DNA from: a virus
Taxonomy: Duplodnaviria > Caudoviricetes
Length of the DNA stretch: 64,000 nucleotides
Strand: one strand, 5' to 3'
Virus record (IMG/VR): IMGVR_UViG_3300006467_000454
Location: 44,321-108,320 of that record
The notes below the pieces were generated by a model. That model was not told the DNA's origin and did no database searches. It was given only the letters and a program-made list of their open reading frames with translations. Position 1 is the stretch's first letter. Every line of letters starts with the position of its first letter. The position numbers and the translations under genes were made by a program. Shown piece after piece: positions 57,842 through 64,000 of this stretch.

Positions 57842-57878
57842 TAGTAGATAAATTAATAATGAACCAAAATATCGTATC

Positions 57879-58142
57879 ATGAAAACATTATTTAAGTTTT
57901 TAGCAAGTCTATTTTCAAAGGATGAAAATAAGGAATTAGTGAAAGCAGTTCTTGGAGTGTTCCATAAAAACCCTCACGCTTCAGCAGAGTGCCTTTGTAC
58001 ATACGCTTCATGGCAATGTGATATCGAGAAAGATAATCTGGAGTTGATTAGAATGGCAGGATATTATAAGCATCAAGATAAAGATAGTTTACCCCTTGAG
58101 TTTTATGTTACTAATTTTGATTTAATTAAATTCCAGAAATAG
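57879..58142 (+). CDS. Hypothetical protein
   Basis: First gene after the promoter. Confidence 0.5.
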   Translation: MKTLFKFLASLFSKDENKELVKAVLGVFHKNPHASAECLCTYASWQCDIEKDNLELIRMAGYYKHQDKDSLPLEFYVTNFDLIKFQK

Positions 58143-58143
58143 C

Positions 58144-58608
58144 ATGACTAGAATCAACGTAGGTATTAAAGTCAGTACGCTGACAGATCAGCACCTTTTG
58201 GCGGAGCACAGGGAGATCAAACGAACTCCATATAGGTTTAGTGTCAGGCTGAAGAAAAAAGACTTCAGTGGCATCCCAGAGAAATTCAAGCTTGGGGGTG
58301 GGCATGAGCTATTCTTTGCCGATAAAGGTGCATACACCCTGAAAAGATACAGGGAGATTCATGAAGAATGTAAACGTCGTGGATTTGATGTTACTGATTT
58401 CAGTTCATCATGGGATGTTTACGAAGGGCATGGCCAATACTTTAATGATTGGGAGCCTACCATTCACGCTAAGAAGATAATATCTGAGCGGATTATAGAA
58501 CGGATAAAAGGGCAGGAAGACCCTTGTAGATATGAAAGCATCAAGATAACCAAGATTGATGCTATTGTTAAAATAAAATCTAATTTTGTAAGTGATGGTA
58601 ATGAATAG
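58144..58608 (+). CDS. denV: Pyrimidine dimer DNA glycosylase (endonuclease V)
   Basis: MTRIN......LTDQHLLAEHREI.R, IP..F.LG.GH..FF.DK, RY..I..E...RG. Confidence 0.92.
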   Translation: MTRINVGIKVSTLTDQHLLAEHREIKRTPYRFSVRLKKKDFSGIPEKFKLGGGHELFFADKGAYTLKRYREIHEECKRRGFDVTDFSSSWDVYEGHGQYFNDWEPTIHAKKIISERIIERIKGQEDPCRYESIKITKIDAIVKIKSNFVSDGNE

Positions 58609-58855
58609 TAGGCATAGAGGGTTGCTATACATGGCTTCAATGATGGCCATGATGGCTGATAGTAACAGTAGAAAAATGTTCGGGGAAAGGGTAGTTGATA
58701 TCCATGGGACTTCGGAAAGAAAGCCTCCGGAAAAGAAGATATTCACCATACACGGGGTGGAAGTAGAAGCAACCTCTTATAAATCAGCTTTGCAAAAGGC
58801 GAAGCGTAAACGTGGTAAAAATAAATCTAAAAATAAAAGGAGGAAGAAGCGATGA
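58601..58855 (+). CDS. Small basic hypothetical protein
   Basis: K/R-rich C-terminus. Confidence 0.45.
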   Translation: MNSRHRGLLYMASMMAMMADSNSRKMFGERVVDIHGTSERKPPEKKIFTIHGVEVEATSYKSALQKAKRKRGKNKSKNKRRKKR

Positions 58856-59196
58856 TCACAGCATTGATTAGTTCAACATTTAGGTACGGGATATGGGAAT
58901 TATCATTCAAGAAGACTGTCCAGTTGCCATTCACCCCTACATACGGGATAATGTTAGTTGATTGTGAAAATACCCAGGAGATTAATCTTAATTTACTTGG
59001 GGATAAGTGTAAAATATACCACACTATCGGGGAGAACCATATAAATGTGGATATAAGGGAAAGGGTTACAGAAAATACTTATGAAGAGTATCTTGATGAA
59101 GTTCTGGAAATGTACACTAAAGCAGGGTGGGAGCGAGTTGATTATACTAACATTGAAGCATTTAAAGCTTTATTAAAAAGAAATTCAAAAAATTAG
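58852..59196 (+). CDS. Hypothetical protein
   Basis: ATGA overlap with the upstream gene. Confidence 0.5.
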   Translation: MITALISSTFRYGIWELSFKKTVQLPFTPTYGIMLVDCENTQEINLNLLGDKCKIYHTIGENHINVDIRERVTENTYEEYLDEVLEMYTKAGWERVDYTNIEAFKALLKRNSKN

Positions 59197-59323
59197 CGTA
59201 TATTAGTAGTCGCAATGAATAAAAGATTAGTAATAAAGTGAATTTTATCTAGAAAGGAGCTTATGGGAAGATTACTTGAAGAAGATTGGGGATAGACTCC
59301 CAGTGATTAGTGTGTGTATAGTG

Positions 59324-59357
59324 AACCGTATCAGTTTAGAATTGATACGGTTTTTTT
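59324..59357 (+). terminator. Intrinsic terminator
   Basis: AACCGTATCA-loop-TGATACGGTT followed by a T run. Confidence 0.7.
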
Positions 59358-59364
59358 GTGGAGT

Positions 59365-59448
59365 TATCTAAACTGGATATAGATAGCGGATAAAATTAAA
59401 AATAAATCTATTTTTATTTTGTAGATAAATTAATTCACATTACTTTTG
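59365..59448 (+). promoter_or_regulatory. Palindrome plus promoter
   Basis: TATCTA-N9-TAGATA at 59365-59385; TTTG 59418-59421, N19, TACTTTTG 59441-59448. Confidence 0.75.
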
Positions 59449-59487
59449 TAGTAGATAAATTATAAAAACAAACTAAAAATAAGAGAT

Positions 59488-60015
59488 ATGAAAACTTTAA
59501 CATTCAGAAACGAGATTCAAAAGGCATTATTCGAAGTTGAACTTCAAGGTCAGATTAGTGATGGTATGTGGGAAAATGCAAGACCATTTGATCACTGGAA
59601 AGTATGGGGGAATTGTGAAGTAACCGTTGGGGAAGATGTAGGTCGTGATTTTTACGCTATGAAAGATAACTATGCTTTTGATTCTAAAAACTTGTTAGAT
59701 TGTATTGGTGACCGTATGGTAGCTATTTGTAATATGGCTGAAAACGGGTATGATGCTAAAACTATCCGTAAGTTTTACGATTATTATGGTGTGCCTCGTA
59801 ATATCACGATGAATATCAAACCTGATATGACTCCGGATGAATTACTTGAGGCTTACAACAATAATTATTATATCCAGAAAGATATTGATATGAGTGACGC
59901 ATTTCAAGGTAGCTATGAAAATCTTCAAAAGGCACGTCAGGGTTCATACGATATCAAGAAGCTAAGAAAAGAGCTTAAAGATATGAAGGGTATCATCAAA
60001 ATGAGAAAGAGATAA
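59488..60015 (+). CDS. Hypothetical early protein
   Basis: EL.GQISDG.WENARP..HW; single-gene cassette. Confidence 0.6.
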   Translation: MKTLTFRNEIQKALFEVELQGQISDGMWENARPFDHWKVWGNCEVTVGEDVGRDFYAMKDNYAFDSKNLLDCIGDRMVAICNMAENGYDAKTIRKFYDYYGVPRNITMNIKPDMTPDELLEAYNNNYYIQKDIDMSDAFQGSYENLQKARQGSYDIKKLRKELKDMKGIIKMRKR

Positions 60016-60016
60016 T

Positions 60017-60079
60017 TATCTAAATCCATTATAAATAACAGGGGTTCCTTTTCAGGAGCCCTTTTTTACGTTATATTTG
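60017..60079 (+). promoter_or_regulatory. Palindrome, terminator-like hairpin and -7 box
   Basis: TATCTA-N9-TAAATA at 60017-60037; GGGTTCCT/AGGAGCCC plus T run; TATATTTG 60072-60079. Confidence 0.6.
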
Positions 60080-60102
60080 AAATGAATTTAAAATTGTAAC
60101 AA

Positions 60103-60654
60103 ATGAAAAAAGGAAGAATTGCAGGTTGGAAAATCGACCGTGTAGCAAATGGGCTTACTTCTGGGATTGAAGACAAGAGACAAGCCTTATACGATAAAAT
60201 GGAAAAGCAATTAGCAGATTACTTTTTAGGGTTTATCCCGAAGGAAGTAGTTGATTTCTGGCAAAAGTATCCAGAAAGAGTTGTAACAATGGATTCTTAT
60301 TGGCTAAAAGCAGGAAATAATAACACGGGGCTCTCTTTGTATTGTGATATCCCTGATTTACCAAAGGGTATGAAGCGTGAAGAAGTGTTGAATAAAAATC
60401 CCCAGTTGAAAGCCGAATTAATTACCCTAGCTTTAAAGCGAAAGGAACTGGAAAAGGAGCGACGAGTGCTCATTAATAAGATTAAGTGTACAATAAGTTC
60501 ATTGGGGACTTATAAACAGCTTGAAAACGAATTCCCTGAGGCGTTTAAGTATTTGGTTAAGGAAGTAGACAAAGAAGAGATTGTTGAAGCTAGACCAGAA
60601 AATCGTTGTGATAGTGTAGAAGAATTACGTGCGGAACTTTCTAAAAAAGCGTAA
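60103..60654 (+). CDS. Hypothetical helical protein
   Basis: T.K.L...FPEA motif near the C-terminus. Confidence 0.55.
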   Translation: MKKGRIAGWKIDRVANGLTSGIEDKRQALYDKMEKQLADYFLGFIPKEVVDFWQKYPERVVTMDSYWLKAGNNNTGLSLYCDIPDLPKGMKREEVLNKNPQLKAELITLALKRKELEKERRVLINKIKCTISSLGTYKQLENEFPEAFKYLVKEVDKEEIVEARPENRCDSVEELRAELSKKA

Positions 60655-60655
60655 A

Positions 60656-61090
60656 ATGGAAGAAAATATTCAAAAAGCAAAAGACCATTACGCCTTACTT
60701 AGTGAAGATGGCCAATTAGACCTCCAATTAGAATTTGGTAATGAAGGCATCCAGGACAGGGAAGTGAAGTTCTTTAAATGGTTAGCAGATAAATTATACC
60801 CTTCTGATAATGATGGCACCCACTTGATAGGGGGTTCATTTTTCAGGAGGGGTGATTACATAGCTGATTTTAAGGTTAGGTTAGAATTGGATTTCTCTTT
60901 AGGTATTGATCATGCTGATGAATTAATAGGTAAGCTGTCTAAAAATATAGAGGGGGTTGTTAAATTCGAATCTATAGAAGAATTGCTCCCTATATTGAGG
61001 GATGGGATAGAAGGTATTGTGAAGAGTATATCAGTTACAGGTGGGGGTTATAACAAAAATGAAATAATAATTGTAATAAAGCCAAAATGA
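60656..61090 (+). CDS. Hypothetical protein
   Basis: ATG 1 nt after the upstream stop. Confidence 0.5.
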   Translation: MEENIQKAKDHYALLSEDGQLDLQLEFGNEGIQDREVKFFKWLADKLYPSDNDGTHLIGGSFFRRGDYIADFKVRLELDFSLGIDHADELIGKLSKNIEGVVKFESIEELLPILRDGIEGIVKSISVTGGGYNKNEIIIVIKPK

Positions 61091-61251
61091 AAGCAATTAA
61101 GAAGTATCTAGCAGCACAACTGTGGTGCTTTTGTGAAGATTGGGAAATCCCTTTAGGTAAATGGGCACCAATAGTGTTTGGGTGGGCTATCGGCTGTAAA
61201 GGGGTGAAGATTGAAAAAGTTGATGAAGTAGAAGATGAATCTACTATCTAA
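61087..61251 (+). CDS. Small hypothetical protein (54 aa, not in ORF track)
   Basis: ATGA overlap; MKAIKKYLAAQLW... Confidence 0.45.
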   Translation: MKAIKKYLAAQLWCFCEDWEIPLGKWAPIVFGWAIGCKGVKIEKVDEVEDESTI

Positions 61252-61328
61252 ATTGATTTTAAATAACGGATAAGTTGATAAATTTATCCGCTATTATTTT
61301 GTTGATAAAAATATCCGGAGTATATTTG
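61245..61328 (+). promoter_or_regulatory. Palindrome, hairpin and promoter
   Basis: TATCTA-N9-TAAATA at 61245-61265; CGGATAA/TTATCCG; TTTG 61298-61301, N19, TATATTTG 61321-61328. Confidence 0.75.
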
Positions 61329-61360
61329 TATTAGAATTAAAACTAAAACAATCTATAATC

Positions 61361-61600
61361 ATGGAACAAAATCGTAGATTACAACTACACGTTAAATGCA
61401 TAGCAACTGCGGTTTTAGATTTTAACCTAAGTTCAAAGCGAGAAAACGATGGGTTGTCAGCTCATTTATGTATGACTAATTTATCTGCTAACATTAGTAT
61501 CCATAAAGAAAGGGAAGCGATAGATGGTATCGTGATAGCTATTGAAGATATCAATCAAGATTCAATAGGTGAATTTTTATCAATATTAACTAATCATTAA
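61361..61600 (+). CDS. Hypothetical protein
   Basis: First gene after the promoter. Confidence 0.45.
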   Translation: MEQNRRLQLHVKCIATAVLDFNLSSKRENDGLSAHLCMTNLSANISIHKEREAIDGIVIAIEDINQDSIGEFLSILTNH

Positions 61601-61601
61601 A

Positions 61602-61787
61602 ATGAAAACAGTAAGCAAAAAGCGTAAGTACACGAAAGCGGAATTTGACGCTATTATTGAGAAGCAAAGTGAAGCGGCTAAGAGATTCGCTAAACAAATA
61701 CAAAGACAATACGGTGATTGTAAATCCGATCTAGGTTGGGCAATCCGTCTTGAACATATTGCAAATCATCATCATTTTGAATATTAA
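61602..61787 (+). CDS. Hypothetical protein
   Basis: Tight packing with upstream gene. Confidence 0.45.
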   Translation: MKTVSKKRKYTKAEFDAIIEKQSEAAKRFAKQIQRQYGDCKSDLGWAIRLEHIANHHHFEY

Positions 61788-61805
61788 TATAAAATCGGAA
61801 CAAAA

Positions 61806-62243
61806 ATGGACAATTTAAGGATGAATGTTGGAAACCCTTTTGAAAAGGGTCACAAAGAAAGAATTGAACTTACGGATACTTTACCTGATATCTTGATGAA
61901 AATGTCAGAAGGTAATCCAGGAGCTGTTAACACAATGATGGCTATGATTACAGAAGGTAAAAGGATCGATCCTGATTCTGCTTTAGGTGAATTTAGTGGA
62001 CTGCTTTCTTTAGATTCTATAGGAATTTATGGTTCGGATATTTATATCCTTTGGAACGATATTTGTAAAAATGATATTGGGAAGACTTTAGCGATGCTAA
62101 GGGCGGTTCAGTTAGGATTTTTCAACGGGGAAATTTTAAAGGACGCTTGCCACAGGCAAGATCGATCTGGTGTGGAATTAGTTCCAGTTGATGAGTTGTA
62201 TGCTAAGGTAAAAGAAAAATTACCTGATTTTGATAAGAAATAA
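61806..62243 (+). CDS. Hypothetical phage protein
   Basis: MSEGNPGA and LD..GIYGS.IY.LW.D.C. Confidence 0.6.
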   Translation: MDNLRMNVGNPFEKGHKERIELTDTLPDILMKMSEGNPGAVNTMMAMITEGKRIDPDSALGEFSGLLSLDSIGIYGSDIYILWNDICKNDIGKTLAMLRAVQLGFFNGEILKDACHRQDRSGVELVPVDELYAKVKEKLPDFDKK

Positions 62244-62281
62244 GTGTTAACGGGGGCTTTGCCCCCATAATTCGGAACAAA

Positions 62282-62725
62282 ATGAAATTAACCAGAGTAT
62301 CAAAAGCATTAGCAATTTTGCTAAAGGGATTGGGATATAATATCCCAACTGCTTACCATTACCCAAAAGGTGTTTCTTGGGAAAATCAAAAAAATTGTTT
62401 GGAAACAGATTGGAATAATTTTACAGATATGGCTAGCAATAGTGATTATTGTTCCGCACCGACCCTTGAACTTGCCATGAAATGGTTCCGTGAAAAGTTC
62501 AACTTGTATATCGTGATATTTCCGGATAAAACTGAAGGGGTGGTGACTTATAATGCTAAGATTTGCCAAGATGATCCTACCTATGAATGGAACTTGATAA
62601 AACTTATTCCGGAAAATAAAGAACAACTCGATACAATAGTTGAAGTTGGTTCTTTTGAAGAAGCAGCAGAGAATGCTCTCCTACTAGCCTGTAAATTAAT
62701 CAATGTGAAATCTGAAACAAATTAA
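62282..62725 (+). CDS. Hypothetical phage protein
   Basis: VS..LA.LLK..GY, SAPT......WFREK...YI, SFEEA.E.AL. Confidence 0.6.
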   Translation: MKLTRVSKALAILLKGLGYNIPTAYHYPKGVSWENQKNCLETDWNNFTDMASNSDYCSAPTLELAMKWFREKFNLYIVIFPDKTEGVVTYNAKICQDDPTYEWNLIKLIPENKEQLDTIVEVGSFEEAAENALLLACKLINVKSETN

Positions 62726-62728
62726 CCT

Positions 62729-62878
62729 ATGAAGGAAAAGATGTTAGAAAAGCTATCTAGAAGGGAAATAGATAGTATCGCCAAAAATCTTGAGCTATCC
62801 GATAAGGGCTCAAGAGCCGTTGTAATCGGTAGGATTATGAAAGTACCTTATCAAGAAATAATCAAAGCCAGGAATTAA
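62729..62878 (+). CDS. 49-aa SAP/Rho-N-like mini-protein (not in ORF track)
   Basis: LEKLSRREIDSIAKNLELSDKGSRAVVIGRI fits the SAP helix-extension-helix spacing; fills the gap exactly. Confidence 0.45.
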   Translation: MKEKMLEKLSRREIDSIAKNLELSDKGSRAVVIGRIMKVPYQEIIKARN

Positions 62879-62879
62879 T

Positions 62880-63191
62880 ATGGAAAAGAAGAATATCATT
62901 CTAGAAGACATTGAAAATGCAATTATCAATTGTGAATTCAATAAAAAGGGTTTTGTGATGGAAAGCCGTCAAGGTGGCGTTCTACAAACTATCAAGTTCA
63001 GTGTTAAGCAATTTGAAGAGTTTATCAAGTTTGTAATTTTATCACCTGATAACAATACTATCGTGATTGGTAACGGAAATGATAAAATCACGGTAACTTG
63101 CAACGGAACATCTTTCTCTATTCATCAAGTCATTAGTTGGAAGAATTTCCATATCAAAGTAACCCGTGCCCAATTAAGGCAATTAATATAA
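62880..63191 (+). CDS. Hypothetical protein
   Basis: Tight packing with upstream gene. Confidence 0.5.
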   Translation: MEKKNIILEDIENAIINCEFNKKGFVMESRQGGVLQTIKFSVKQFEEFIKFVILSPDNNTIVIGNGNDKITVTCNGTSFSIHQVISWKNFHIKVTRAQLRQLI

Positions 63192-63255
63192 GGGGGAATT
63201 TGCTGTAGAATTTAAAAGTATTACCTTAGTGTCAAACTACTTAAATTCTACAGCA

Positions 63256-63402
63256 ATGATTTTGATATTACTTTTTATAAGTGTGATAGCTGTTGTGGAA
63301 ATCACATTAGAACCAAGAATTGATTATGCTCCTGATGGGAAAACTTACCTATGTTACGGTAAGGGTGATAAAAGGCGGTGTAAAGAAATCAAGATAAAAT
63401 GA
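63256..63402 (+). CDS. 48-aa protein with N-terminal hydrophobic helix (not in ORF track)
   Basis: MILILLFISVIAVVE...; ATGA overlap with the next gene. Confidence 0.45.
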   Translation: MILILLFISVIAVVEITLEPRIDYAPDGKTYLCYGKGDKRRCKEIKIK

Positions 63403-63629
63403 GTGATTTAAGGAAATACAATTTTGAGGAAACATTAAAAGCAGCGCAAGGATATTGTCCTTCCTTAGAAATTAGGCTGTGGGATGGTCATTATGAAGCG
63501 TATATTGGGGGAATACTCAATAATTCTTACGTCGGTCCAGACCCACATGGGGCTTGCATATCGTTTTTAATAGGTTTTCTATCTGGTTATAAGGTATGCC
63601 AGGAAAAATTTGCATCTCAATTGAATTAA
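63399..63629 (+). CDS. Hypothetical protein
   Basis: Tight packing with neighbours. Confidence 0.45.
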   Translation: MSDLRKYNFEETLKAAQGYCPSLEIRLWDGHYEAYIGGILNNSYVGPDPHGACISFLIGFLSGYKVCQEKFASQLN

Positions 63630-63630
63630 A

Positions 63631-63960
63631 ATGGCGAAATTGAAGAGAAATACAAGCCAATATAAATCCTTTTTAAATGATATTTTCGGCTCAGGTTCCA
63701 AAGAAATGAAGGAATTTGAAGAGATTTCATTCGAAAAAATGGTCAAAGACCTTATTGAAAACGGAATTTTAATCCGAATTAAGCGTAGAAAAGGGGGCTT
63801 TATGGCTTATTGCCCACAATTTAGCGACAATGGTGTTAAAGGGAAGAATATGGATACCCTGCTAGTTGTAGTGCGTGAAGAAATTGAAAAAGGGCTTCAA
63901 GAATTAAAGCAAAAGGGCTTTGGGGATATCCCAAGGAAATTTAGGGTTGAAAGAGAATAG
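63631..63960 (+). CDS. Protein with HicB-like antitoxin domain
   Basis: I.I.....GGFMAYCPQF......G...D......RE.I...L..L...G...IP fits the HicB N-terminal pattern. Confidence 0.5.
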   Translation: MAKLKRNTSQYKSFLNDIFGSGSKEMKEFEEISFEKMVKDLIENGILIRIKRRKGGFMAYCPQFSDNGVKGKNMDTLLVVVREEIEKGLQELKQKGFGDIPRKFRVERE

Positions 63961-64000
63961 CATAGTGTTTGTTCAACGGGAAAGGGGATTCGGCTTAGAA

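Noticed and set aside
16558-60037. T4-type late promoter TATAAATA
   Set aside because: It is only the right arm of the 21-bp palindrome; other copies read TTTAAATA or TATAGATA, and they precede early and replication genes
186-62626. Minus-strand and nested alternative-frame ORFs in the track
   Set aside because: Nearly all lie inside longer + strand genes, read as antisense shadows (F/L/S-rich) and show no recognisable motifs
63961-64000. Start of a tRNA or tmRNA at the window edge
   Set aside because: GC-richer but truncated, with no recognisable arm; no tRNA was found elsewhere in the window
1-64000. Stop-codon reassignment
   Set aside because: Conserved genes are full length in the standard code, and TAA, TAG and TGA all end genes

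Overview
AT-rich (roughly 34-35% GC by eye) segment of a large lytic dsDNA tailed phage. Essentially all real genes are on the + strand. The host is most likely Bacteroidota: promoters match TTTG-N19-TAnnTTTG and Shine-Dalgarno sites are absent. Layout: tail fibre/virion genes and a holin-like gene (1-9.2 kb); DEDDh exonuclease, terminase large subunit, helicase, primase and dUTPase (10.8-16.5 kb); a probable operon for thymidine replacement and hypermodification running into DnaE (16.7-27.8 kb); SSB, Mre11/Rad50-like pair, RecA, RuvC-like resolvase, NAD ligase, SNF2 and UvrD helicases, RNase H and class II RNR (27.9-50.8 kb); then many small early-type genes in promoter-led cassettes (50.9-64 kb). 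The modification operon encodes a HAD phosphatase-kinase fusion, an HxGH nucleotidyltransferase, a GT-B glycosyltransferase fused to an aGPT-Pplase1/HMUDK-helical domain, a dUMP hydroxymethylase-like enzyme, a GIY-YIG nuclease, an HD hydrolase and a dNMP kinase. Main discoveries: (1) the glyco-hypermodification cluster for 5-hydroxymethyluracil; (2) about 49 of the about 50 CCGG sites are TCCGGA; (3) a 21-bp palindrome at two helically phased distances upstream of about 12 promoters; (4) a candidate structured ncRNA of about 220 nt; (5) orphan HigA-like and HicB-like antitoxin domains. All family assignments come from motif recognition by eye, not from database searches.
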